This document shows positions 19,496-27,984 of a stretch of DNA of 64,000 nt, piece by piece. The notes under the pieces were generated by a model, which saw only the letters and a list, made by a program, of their open reading frames with translations, was not told the DNA's origin and made no database searches. The first letter of the stretch is position 1. Each line of letters starts with the position of its first letter. The position numbers and the translations under genes were made by a program. Location of the stretch: the NCBI GenBank assembly GCA_963707955.1, contig OY970176.1, forward strand, positions 1,920,001 to 1,984,000, read 5' to 3'. Source of the DNA: Candidatus Bathyarchaeota archaeon. GTDB lineage: Archaea; Thermoproteota; Bathyarchaeia; Bathyarchaeales; Bathycorpusculaceae.

Positions 19496-19930
19496 TCAGT
19501 TTTCCGTGATGCCTCTGTCTTTCAGCCATGTTTTTATCTTTTCGCTGATTTTATCGCGAACTTCTCGGAATTTGGCTAATTTTTCCTCTTCTGTTCCTTG
19601 AAATGCTGCTGGGTCTTCGAAGGGCCAGTACAATCTAGTGGATGCCCCCGGTATGGTAGGACACGTCTTTTCTGCTTTTTCACATGCTGTTATGACTATC
19701 CCGAAATGTATCTTTCCCAGATACTGTTTCAACTCTTTTGGATGCTGGTCGCTCAGGTTATATCCCAGTTCTCCCATCACCTTAATGGTGTACGGGTGGA
19801 TAGGTCGAGGTTCGAAGCCTGCACTGTAAACCTCGAAACGATTACCCGCATATTTCCTTAGGAACGCTTCAGCCATTTGGCTCCGTGCCGAATTTCCTGT
19901 GCATAGAAAAATGACTTTGGTCTTTTCCAA
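19496..19930 (-). CDS. arsC: Arsenate reductase (thioredoxin-coupled LMW-PTP family)
   Basis: CTGNSARSQMAE, C-x6-CP, WPFEDPA, FREVRD. Confidence 0.9.
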   Translation of the reverse strand: MEKTKVIFLCTGNSARSQMAEAFLRKYAGNRFEVYSAGFEPRPIHPYTIKVMGELGYNLSDQHPKELKQYLGKIHFGIVITACEKAEKTCPTIPGASTRLYWPFEDPAAFQGTEEEKLAKFREVRDKISEKIKTWLKDRGITEN

Positions 19931-20014
19931 GTCTTAATCACAGCCTCACTTCAGTACTAGAGCGCGCGACAAACAGAATTTTCTTCATAGTTCCAACCTC
20001 AGACAGAAGTATTA

Positions 20015-20245
20015 CTACAGTTTCCTATTTCTAAGAGGGTTGCAGTGGCTCTCTTCAATCATCTGCGTAACATCCATTAACATGTCCTGTGCTTCCGCCA
20101 CCAAATCACCAGCTTTTCGCTTTGTACCTTGGCGGTTCTTTATGTAGTCCTCAATTTCCCTTTGCAGAGAGAGAAGGTCGATACTCGTCTGTTCAGTTTT
20201 GAGTAACCGGTACTTTCTGCTTATTTCCTCATAGCTTGCATCCAT
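20015..20245 (-). CDS. Hypothetical helical protein, last gene of the DGC operon
   Basis: SD GAGGAG, short gap after gcvH, C-terminal HCNP. Confidence 0.6.
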   Translation of the reverse strand: MDASYEEISRKYRLLKTEQTSIDLLSLQREIEDYIKNRQGTKRKAGDLVAEAQDMLMDVTQMIEESHCNPLRNRKL

Positions 20246-20263
20246 GATGGCTTGATCTCCTCT

Positions 20264-20737
20264 CTACGTCTTGTTTGCAGCGTGCGGACCCTTCAGTTGC
20301 TCATGTTCTTTCTCAACTTTCTTCTTCATGACCTCAAAATACCCTTCGGCGTCTGCGAGGTTCTCTTTGTCTGATTCAAAGTCTGTTAGCTCAATCTTCA
20401 GAAACCAGCCTTTGCCGTACGGATCTGAATTGGCCAGGTCAGGTGAATTTACCAATTCATTGTTGACTTCCACTACTGAACCTGAAACAGGCGATATGAC
20501 GTCGAGAGCAGCCTTTACTGATTCAAAAGATCCTGCTTCACCGAACTGTTCAATTACGGTCCCGATTTGTGGGAGGGAAACGAAGATTATGTCACTCAAA
20601 TGATTTTGCAGGTAGGACGTTATGCCAACTGTGGCGATATTCCCGTCGATTCTGGCCCAGAAATCGTTTTCATTGTAGAAAAACCCTTTCGGGACCGTGA
20701 ACGTCCATTTGTCAACCTTTAGCTCTAACGATTCCAT
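20264..20737 (-). CDS. gcvH: Glycine cleavage H-like lipoyl carrier protein
   Basis: VGIT, ESVKA (lipoyl-Lys), SPVSG, NSDPYGKGW. Confidence 0.9.
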   Translation of the reverse strand: MESLELKVDKWTFTVPKGFFYNENDFWARIDGNIATVGITSYLQNHLSDIIFVSLPQIGTVIEQFGEAGSFESVKAALDVISPVSGSVVEVNNELVNSPDLANSDPYGKGWFLKIELTDFESDKENLADAEGYFEVMKKKVEKEHEQLKGPHAANKT

Positions 20738-20742
20738 TCACT

Positions 20743-21138
20743 TCACCTTGAAAGCTGATCGACGAGCGTGGCCACTTCTTCAGCTATCTTGGCTACAAGC
20801 TTTTCTCCTTCGTCTCCAATGTCGGTTCGTGACTGTGGTTTTAGCCCGTACTTAGCGATCATTTGGGGCAGAAACACTTTGGCTCTCATCATGCCTTTGT
20901 TCTTGGAGACGATCTTGGTGGCACACCTTTCCACACAACCGTCAAGTATGATAGACGGATATTTCTGCAATAGGCTCTTGTACTCTCCGACTCCTGCGGT
21001 CAAAGATGGAATACATATTAGGACTGCTTTTTCGGGCCTCAATTCGTCAACTACCTTGTATGCGACTTGTCTAGCTACCGTGCCGAGTGCTTTGCCCATG
21101 CCCGTACAGGCTACTATGGCAACTTTCTTATCGTCCAT
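20743..21138 (-). CDS. DGC-domain putative zinc-binding protein 4
   Basis: ACTG...ICIP...LDGCVERCA; start at MDDKK. Confidence 0.8.
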   Translation of the reverse strand: MDDKKVAIVACTGMGKALGTVARQVAYKVVDELRPEKAVLICIPSLTAGVGEYKSLLQKYPSIILDGCVERCATKIVSKNKGMMRAKVFLPQMIAKYGLKPQSRTDIGDEGEKLVAKIAEEVATLVDQLSR

Positions 21139-21550
21139 GCTTGTCCCCCTCTGCAAGTATTTGGTCAATCTTTTTCGCGGCCAGCTCTCCCACTATTTCT
21201 GCAAGTTTCATTCCTTTTGGTCCTAGCTTAGCTCTCGATTCAGGCTGAAGGTCTTTGTATTCTTTCAGAACATCTTCAACGTTGATAACGGCTTTGATCT
21301 GCCCCTTCGCTTCATTGACTATCTTTTCGCAGCATTTTTCTCCACAGCCATCGATAACCAAAATTGGGTTCTCTTTGGCAAAGGTCATGTCCTCTTTAAC
21401 GCCACCTATTAGGGCTGGAGTGCAAAGCAAGACAGTCTTGTCTGGCCTCAGTTTTTCTAGAACATGATATCCCGCGTATCGGGACACTGTTGCAAGCGGT
21501 CGGTCCATGCCCGTGCAAACAGCAACGGCAACCTTCTTTTCTATTGACAT
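21128..21550 (-). CDS. DGC-domain putative zinc-binding protein 3
   Basis: VCTG...LCTP...IDGCGEKCC. Confidence 0.8.
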   Translation of the reverse strand: MSIEKKVAVAVCTGMDRPLATVSRYAGYHVLEKLRPDKTVLLCTPALIGGVKEDMTFAKENPILVIDGCGEKCCEKIVNEAKGQIKAVINVEDVLKEYKDLQPESRAKLGPKGMKLAEIVGELAAKKIDQILAEGDKHGR

Positions 21551-21551
21551 G

Positions 21552-21956
21552 CTACTCTTCTTCCTCCTCTAGTCTGTCTATCTCCGCAGTAATACGTTTC
21601 ATAGTTTCTCTAACAAGCTTCTCGTCTTGAGGTTCTATTCTGCTTTTTGATTTAGGGTTAAGATGTTTATGTTTTTCTTCAATGTCTGATATGATTATTG
21701 ACGATTTGGGATGCACTTTGCCGTACATTTTGACGCCTTTGGCGGCACACATCTTGCCACAGCCGTCAACGGTTATGCAAGGATTATCCTTAGCGAAGTC
21801 TCTCTCTTCTTGTCCGCCTGCGAGAAAGAGTGGAAGGCAGATTGTTACGACATCGTCGCGTTCCTCTAGTATTCTTCGAGTTGCTACGCGGGATATCATT
21901 CCTTCAGGAAGCCCTTCTCCGCTGCAGGAGATCAGGCCTATTTTGCGTTTGATCAA
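21552..21956 (-). CDS. DGC-domain putative zinc-binding protein 2
   Basis: SCSG...ICLP...VDGCGKMCA. Confidence 0.8.
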   Translation of the reverse strand: MIKRKIGLISCSGEGLPEGMISRVATRRILEERDDVVTICLPLFLAGGQEERDFAKDNPCITVDGCGKMCAAKGVKMYGKVHPKSSIIISDIEEKHKHLNPKSKSRIEPQDEKLVRETMKRITAEIDRLEEEEE

Positions 21957-22357
21957 CTTTTATCCCCTATGATTTTGACAGCTTTTTCGGCTGTTTTTCT
22001 TGCCAGTTTCTCACCGTCAGGTCCGATGTCAAGCACGGTTCCAGGCTTAAGCTTCGGATTCTCCTTGATCACGTCCAGGATCCTGATGCTTCCTTTGAGT
22101 TCTCCGTGATGGTGTTCAACATTTTTCTTGGCACATTGAGCAACGCAGCCATCTAGGGTTATGCAAGGGTTCTTTCTTATTTTCCGCACAGTCTCCTCGT
22201 CTTCGATTGTGAGTAAAGGAAGACAAATAGAATCAGTATCATTCGGCAACAGTTCTTCGGTTACGATGTACGTGGCTCTACGCGTTATGGTTCCCAGTGC
22301 CTTTCCGATTCCGCTACACGGGATGATTATGTACTTACTTTTTTTCTTCTCTGACAT
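21953..22357 (-). CDS. DGC-domain putative zinc-binding protein 1
   Basis: PCSG...ICLP...LDGCVAQCA. Confidence 0.8.
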   Translation of the reverse strand: MSEKKKSKYIIIPCSGIGKALGTITRRATYIVTEELLPNDTDSICLPLLTIEDEETVRKIRKNPCITLDGCVAQCAKKNVEHHHGELKGSIRILDVIKENPKLKPGTVLDIGPDGEKLARKTAEKAVKIIGDKS

Positions 22358-22625
22358 TCTTTATCACCTTCAGGATTTCCTTCTTCTCTGGGAAACTCAG
22401 GGCGTCCGCAGCGCAAACTTTGGAACACGCCCTGCAGAACACGACGCAGTTGTTCGGGTTTTTGACGATGAATTCCTTCTTTTCCTTGTTGTATTCGAAC
22501 ACTCCATGGGGGCAGAATCTGAGGCATTGCGGGTCGCCCTCGCACTGGTTACATTTTAATGTATCGATCTTTGGGCACCAAGGGATTTTGCTTCGTGGAA
22601 CTCCCATGTATGTTTCTTCTGTCAT
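22335..22625 (-). CDS. 2x[4Fe-4S] ferredoxin
   Basis: CNQCEGDPQCLRFCP and CVVFCRACSKVC. Confidence 0.85.
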   Translation of the reverse strand: MTEETYMGVPRSKIPWCPKIDTLKCNQCEGDPQCLRFCPHGVFEYNKEKKEFIVKNPNNCVVFCRACSKVCAADALSFPEKKEILKVIKNVREEKK

Positions 22626-22990
22626 GGCTGGCTGCTGGCCTCCAGCGCTTTCTTCACGGTTTCTAAGGCCTTTTCGGTCGTCATATTCCTGACGTCAAGA
22701 GAAACTAGGTCTTTGTTTATGTCAAGTCCTGCCTTTGCAAAGGCGTCTCGAAACAGTTTCTTCTGCATAACTGGGGCACATCCTCCTATGACATAGAGTC
22801 TGTCTTTTCGGAGAAAGTCTGCAAAGAAACGTTCCCCGTCTTCATCGCAGAGCATGGGATGGATGAATGCGTATTCAACTGGATACTCTGCTCTTATGAC
22901 GTTTATGAAATCCCACATATCCAAATCTTTGAACCCAGGGCACTTGCCCGTGCAGACACAGAATATGAAGCTTACTTTTCTTTTTTCCAC
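22622..22990 (-). CDS. Stand-alone protein resembling the HdrA N-terminal Fe-S domain
   Basis: FCVCTG...LC...GGCAP...LFRD...AGL...DVRN parallels FICSCG...TC...ASCTP...LFRA...AGL...NLRE of HdrA 1444-3231. Confidence 0.65.
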   Translation of the reverse strand: MEKRKVSFIFCVCTGKCPGFKDLDMWDFINVIRAEYPVEYAFIHPMLCDEDGERFFADFLRKDRLYVIGGCAPVMQKKLFRDAFAKAGLDINKDLVSLDVRNMTTEKALETVKKALEASSQP

Positions 22991-23053
22991 GAACTATTCC
23001 TCTTCTGGCATATCTCGATTGACTTTTTTGACCACGCGGATACAGAAGAGTTC

Positions 23054-23077
23054 ATAGCAATATTTAAATATTGTTAT
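23054..23077. promoter_or_regulatory. Palindromic operator or bidirectional TATA between the DGC operon and arsR
   Basis: ATAGCAATATTTAAATATTGTTAT with perfect core CAATATTTAAATATTG. Confidence 0.65.
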
Positions 23078-23093
23078 TACTCTTATCGTAAGC

Positions 23094-23420
23094 ATGCATT
23101 CCAAAGCAGAGAAACTCGTCAAGTTCAAGGCAAAGATTTTCAACGCCCTATCGGACCCGACGAGACTTGAAATCCTCGAATTCCTACGCATCAATGAGAA
23201 ATGCGTGTGCGAAATAATTCCGCACGTTGGATTAATCCAGCCCGTGGTATCCCGCCATTTGAGAATTCTCAAAGACTGTGGACTGGTGAGGGACAGAAAA
23301 GACGGCAACAAAAGACTCTATTCAATTACAGATCGCAGAATATTCGAGATAATTGATGCGGCGACCCTTGAACTGATGGATGATATTTCAAAACGTATCG
23401 TTGAAGAATTGGTTTATTAG
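23094..23420 (+). CDS. ArsR/SmtB-family metalloregulator
   Basis: FNALSDPTRLEIL, EKCVCEI, QPVVSRHLRIL. Confidence 0.92.
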   Translation: MHSKAEKLVKFKAKIFNALSDPTRLEILEFLRINEKCVCEIIPHVGLIQPVVSRHLRILKDCGLVRDRKDGNKRLYSITDRRIFEIIDAATLELMDDISKRIVEELVY

Positions 23421-23425
23421 CTTAG

Positions 23426-25840
23426 GTGAGCGTTTTGGTCGGTCCAGACAAAGAACAGGAATTGTTAGGAACAAACTTAGAAAATGGACTAGAAACTCTT
23501 GAAGCCCAGAGAAGGCTTGAAGAGTATGGATACAATGAGATCTCCGAGAAGAAAGAGAGTTTTTTCGTAAGGCTTGGAAAACGTTTCTGGGGCATCGTGC
23601 CTTGGATGCTGGAAGCCACAGCAGTCATTACGTTTCTACTGGGTAAGTATCCGCAGACGCTCGTCATCGTGTTCCTTCTTTTCTTCAACGCTGCAATGTC
23701 ACTGTGGCGAGAGAAAAGAGCGAAAGTGGCAATGACCGCGTTGAAGCAGAGGCTGCGGATCCAGGGAAGAGTTAAGAGGGACGGAAAATGGTCAATCATC
23801 CCGGCTAGGGAACTTGTTCCGGGTGACCTTGTAAGAGTCAGGGCAGGCGACTTGTTGCCAGCGGACGTGAGAATCATTGACGGTTCTTTCGGCGTTGATC
23901 AGTCAGCCCTCACCGGCGAATCCATAATCGTGGAAAGGTCCACTGGAGAAATAGCTTATTCAGGATCAGCGGTCAAACGCGGTGAAGCTACGGGCACAGT
24001 CGATGCCACGGGAACAAAGACTTACTTTGGGAAAACGGTTTCACTGCTGGAGCTTGCAAAACCTAAACTGCACATGGAGGAGGTAACAGTCAAAGTTGCG
24101 CACCGACTTCTCACAATAGTGCTTGTATCTCTTCTAGCCGTCTTCGTGTACGCTCTTCTGACAGGTTTCCCACTTGATGTGCTGCTGCCGCTTGCAGGCG
24201 TACTCCTTGTGGCTTCTGTGCCCGTTGCAATGCCGACCATGTTCACTGTAAATATGGCACTTGGATCGTCAGCGCTTGCGAAGCAAGGAGTCCTTGTTAC
24301 AAGACTCAGTGCAAGCGAGGACGCAGCTACTATGGACGTGTTATGCGCAGACAAGACAGGCACAATCACTATGAATAAACTCTTCATAGAAGAGGAAATA
24401 CCGACTGATGGATTCAGCAAAAGCGACGTTTTGCTCTACGGGGCGCTCGCGTCGAAAGAAGCTAATCAAGACCCCATAGACACAGCATTTTTAGTGGCCG
24501 CAGCTGAGGAACACATCTCATTAGACAGTTACTCACAGATGGAGTTCCTGCCGTTTGATCCTAAAACTAGAATGACAGAAGCTACGATTCAGAAATCGGG
24601 TGAAACATTCTTTGTGGGAAAAGGATCATTCGACGCCATATGCGTTTCCTGCAATTTGTCAGATAAGGAGACAAAAGATCTGTTCAGACATGCTGAGGCA
24701 CTCTCGGCTAAGGGATTTAGAGTGATTGCTGTTGCTAGGGGGAGTCATAGAAGCAGGCTTCAGTTAGTGGGTCTCACAGGGGTAGCCGACAGGATAAGGG
24801 AAGACTCGCGAGGTGCATTAAACCGAATCCGCGATTTGGGCATATCTGTAAAGATGCTTACGGGTGATGCGCTCCCGATTGCAAGAAACATCGCCCAGCA
24901 AGTAGGACTAGGCGACAAAATAACCCGAATGTCAAAGATTGAAAAGATCCAGAATCAAAGAGAGACTCTTGACTCCACGGTTGAAGACAGTGATGGCATT
25001 GCTGAGATTTACCCTGAAGACAAGTTCACTATAGTGAAGGCTCTCCAGGACCGCGGGCATGTGGTCGGAATGACCGGAGACGGCATAAATGACGCTCCCG
25101 CATTGGGGCAGGCAGAAGTGGGAATAGCAGTAAGGAACGCAATGGACATTGCCAAAGATTCGGCAAGTGCCGTGCTCACTGCTGAGGGTCTTGGAGGCAT
25201 AATAGCTATGATCAAGACGTCGAGGACAATTTACCAGCGAATCTATAGCTGGGCGTTGATGATGGTCGCTCGGAAACTGCATATCGTCGGGTACATTGTT
25301 GTTATGCTGTTTTTAACTCACTCCTTCATGCTGTCAATTACTGGCACGGTGCTGCTGCTTTTCCTAGGCGACTTCGTCTCGATGTCTATATCGACGGATA
25401 ACGTGCAGTCTTCTTCGAAGCCTGATTCGTTCAAAGTTTCGCGGCTGTTTGGAGTCAGCGGATCATTAGGAATATTAATGGTAATTGAAAGTGCAGTTCT
25501 CACCGTGGCTGGTTTGTCATATTTCGGGCTGACCGGCAGCGTGGACAAGATCTACACATTCGGGTTTGCTTATTTGAATCTTGCAGGAGTATTCACTCTC
25601 ATGATCGTACGTGAACGGAATCATTTCTGGAAGTCACGGCCCAGCAATTTTCTAAGCATCACAGTCACGGCGGAAATCCTGTTTGTGATTGCGATTTCGC
25701 TCTTAGGCTTCCTAGAACTTGCTCCACTCGGCTGCATACCCGTACTTACAATCTTGGGCTATACATTAATAGTGACGTTTCTGATCAATGACCCCGTCAA
25801 GGTATATCTGATACGCAAATTCAAAAGCGGTCCACAATGA
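23426..25840 (+). CDS. P-type ATPase, plasma-membrane proton-efflux (P3A) type
   Basis: DQSALTGES, VPVAMP, DKTGT, NQDPID, PFDP, MLTGD, MTGDGINDAPAL, ISTDNV. Confidence 0.9.
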   Translation: MSVLVGPDKEQELLGTNLENGLETLEAQRRLEEYGYNEISEKKESFFVRLGKRFWGIVPWMLEATAVITFLLGKYPQTLVIVFLLFFNAAMSLWREKRAKVAMTALKQRLRIQGRVKRDGKWSIIPARELVPGDLVRVRAGDLLPADVRIIDGSFGVDQSALTGESIIVERSTGEIAYSGSAVKRGEATGTVDATGTKTYFGKTVSLLELAKPKLHMEEVTVKVAHRLLTIVLVSLLAVFVYALLTGFPLDVLLPLAGVLLVASVPVAMPTMFTVNMALGSSALAKQGVLVTRLSASEDAATMDVLCADKTGTITMNKLFIEEEIPTDGFSKSDVLLYGALASKEANQDPIDTAFLVAAAEEHISLDSYSQMEFLPFDPKTRMTEATIQKSGETFFVGKGSFDAICVSCNLSDKETKDLFRHAEALSAKGFRVIAVARGSHRSRLQLVGLTGVADRIREDSRGALNRIRDLGISVKMLTGDALPIARNIAQQVGLGDKITRMSKIEKIQNQRETLDSTVEDSDGIAEIYPEDKFTIVKALQDRGHVVGMTGDGINDAPALGQAEVGIAVRNAMDIAKDSASAVLTAEGLGGIIAMIKTSRTIYQRIYSWALMMVARKLHIVGYIVVMLFLTHSFMLSITGTVLLLFLGDFVSMSISTDNVQSSSKPDSFKVSRLFGVSGSLGILMVIESAVLTVAGLSYFGLTGSVDKIYTFGFAYLNLAGVFTLMIVRERNHFWKSRPSNFLSITVTAEILFVIAISLLGFLELAPLGCIPVLTILGYTLIVTFLINDPVKVYLIRKFKSGPQ

Positions 25841-26024
25841 TGCTCAATTTCAAAAAAGCGCGCGTGCTTTCAAATTGAGCGCGCTCTCTCCATACGGACA
25901 AAGTGTGAAAGCTTAAAAGCGTGTGCGATGCGGAATCTATTCTACAGTGAAAATCCTTTTTTAAGTATTCTGTGGCTACGTCCTCAAGCAAGAGAGATAA
26001 ACGTGGCAGTAGGAGTGGCTTTTG

Positions 26025-26192
26025 ATGAGGCATAAACGTAGTGAGTTGGCAGAGCAGAGACGATTCAAAACAAGCGATGAATTTACCGTCAGAGTTGCCA
26101 GCAAACCGGAGGAGATCAAGCAACTACTTGAAGTGGGCTTTGACTTCGTCTGCGAAAAAGATGAGCTTCTCTACTTTAGAAAACGTAAATAG
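26025..26192 (+). mobile_element. 55-aa ORF resembling the C-terminal tail of archaeal (Bathyarchaeia-type) tyrosine integrases; integrase remnant
   Basis: Manual translation MRHKRSELAEQRRFKTSDEFTVRVASKPEEIKQLLEVGFDFVCEKDELLYFRKRK*; SD AGGAG upstream; similarity recalled from memory, not searched. Confidence 0.6.
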
Positions 26193-26226
26193 GCGCTAAA
26201 CACTTAACCAAAACAGGGAAAAACGA

Positions 26227-27006
26227 GTGAAGATTGCAGTTTCTGGCAAGGGAGGTGTGGGTAAGACTCTCATAGCAGCGGGTCTTGCCTGCTGCTTAGT
26301 CGATAAGGGTTTCAAGACTATAGCCATTGATGCTGATTCTTCCCCGAATCTTGCCTTGACCCTGGGCTTAACGCCTGAAAAGTCAAGACAAATACTGCCC
26401 ATCTCAGAGAACAAAAAACTGGTTGAATCAAAAACCGACACAGGCTTCTCGGGCGTTTACCGTCTCTCCTTCAAAGTGGACGACGTTGTCCGCGAGTATT
26501 CGGTGAAAACACCGTTTGGCGTGAACTTGATCGTCATGGGAACGGTGAAATCGATGGGTTCAGGGTGCACTTGTCCAGAGAACGCCGTCGTTCGGGCCTT
26601 GCTTCGCCATCTGGTTGTGGAGCGAGACGAGGCGGTTGTTCTTGACACGGAGGCGGGGGTTGAGCACATGGGCAGAGGAACGGCAAAGCATGTGGACACT
26701 CTGCTGATCGTCGCGGACGCGAACATGAAATCTCTCGAGGTAGCCAAACACATTCAAGAATTGGCCTCAGGCTCGAGCATGAAGCAGATTTATCTGGTTG
26801 GAAACAAGGTCGGAGACAAGGTTCAAAAAGAAGCGATCGATAATTTTGCGCGGGAAAACGGTTTGAAAATATTGGCCTTTATTCCCTTCGATCGGAAAGT
26901 CCTGGACATGGAGATGAAGGGGGAAACGCCGCTGAAAGACAGGGGCTCAGAGGCGGTTCGAGCAATAGAAGTGCTTGCTGACATGCTCATAGCGAAGAAA
27001 GAATAA
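26227..27006 (+). CDS. cooC: CooC-type nickel-insertion ATPase
   Basis: GKGGVGKT, IDADSSPNL, GCTCP, DTEAGVEH. Confidence 0.92.
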   Translation: MKIAVSGKGGVGKTLIAAGLACCLVDKGFKTIAIDADSSPNLALTLGLTPEKSRQILPISENKKLVESKTDTGFSGVYRLSFKVDDVVREYSVKTPFGVNLIVMGTVKSMGSGCTCPENAVVRALLRHLVVERDEAVVLDTEAGVEHMGRGTAKHVDTLLIVADANMKSLEVAKHIQELASGSSMKQIYLVGNKVGDKVQKEAIDNFARENGLKILAFIPFDRKVLDMEMKGETPLKDRGSEAVRAIEVLADMLIAKKE

Positions 27007-27054
27007 TAAAAAGTTGAGGAAATAACCGACTGTGCAAGAAGGTGTAAAGTAATA

Positions 27055-27825
27055 TTGAAGAAACTTGTGACGATAGGTCGCGGGGGAACGGGAAAGACTA
27101 GTTTCGTGGCGTTGAAGACAAAATACTTCATTGAAATGGGAGCGACGCCTCTGCTTTTGGTGGACGCTGATCCGGACCAGAACCTTGGGGAAATGGTTGG
27201 CGTAGATTTGAAGGAAGAGGGGAAGAAAACGATTTCCGAACTGCTCATGGAGGCTTTTTTGAAGGAAGGTGGAACAACCGTCGGTGTTCCGCCCACTGAA
27301 CGAATCGAAAACAGGATCTGGGCTCAAGGCATGTACGAAGGCGACTTTTTCGATTTCATTTCTATCGGAACAAAATGGGTTGAAGGCTGCTACTGCCTGC
27401 CAAACGCCGCATTGAAAGGAGCCTTGGAATCAGTTTCTAAAAACTACAAGTACATCTTGATAGACTCGCCAGCAGGACTGGAACATCTAAACCGTAGGAT
27501 CACGTCGAAAGTTGACGACATCTTCGACGTCCTCGACCCGTCCAAAAAATCATTCGACCACGTTGACCGGGCCTACCGCATAGCGAAGGAGGTAAAGATA
27601 GAATTCAAGAATTTCTACGTCGTTGGCGGTTACAGGTTTCCAGAAGGCTTAGAGAAGAGCGCTGATAGCACCTTGAAATTTGATTTCTTGGGAAAAATCG
27701 CTCGCGACGACGAAGTTGAAGAATACGTTCTAGCTGGAAAATCGCTCCTAGAACTGCCTCCTGACTCTCCAGCCTACCTCTCCGTCAAGAGAATAGTGGA
27801 CAGGGCAGGCTACACGAAAGAGTAG
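27055..27825 (+). CDS. cooC: Second CooC/AcsF-type ATPase
   Basis: GRGGTGKT, DADPDQNL, GCYC, DSPAGLEHLNR. Confidence 0.88.
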   Translation: MKKLVTIGRGGTGKTSFVALKTKYFIEMGATPLLLVDADPDQNLGEMVGVDLKEEGKKTISELLMEAFLKEGGTTVGVPPTERIENRIWAQGMYEGDFFDFISIGTKWVEGCYCLPNAALKGALESVSKNYKYILIDSPAGLEHLNRRITSKVDDIFDVLDPSKKSFDHVDRAYRIAKEVKIEFKNFYVVGGYRFPEGLEKSADSTLKFDFLGKIARDDEVEEYVLAGKSLLELPPDSPAYLSVKRIVDRAGYTKE

Positions 27826-27984
27826 TTGGCCTCATCTTTTTCACTATTCTGGGGTGAACCCTGCCGAGAAGTACCTGAATTATCTCTGCAGATCGATTAT
27901 TCATAGTGGACTTTTGTTCCAGAAATGCTTATGAGCGAAGGCGTCATTAGATTTCGTCTTCTTCGTCGTCAGGTAGTGCCATAA

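Noticed and set aside
15760-20000. Classical integron attC cassette array
   Set aside because: No consistent RYYYAAC...GTTRRRY boxes or long imperfect hairpins seen, and no IntI gene
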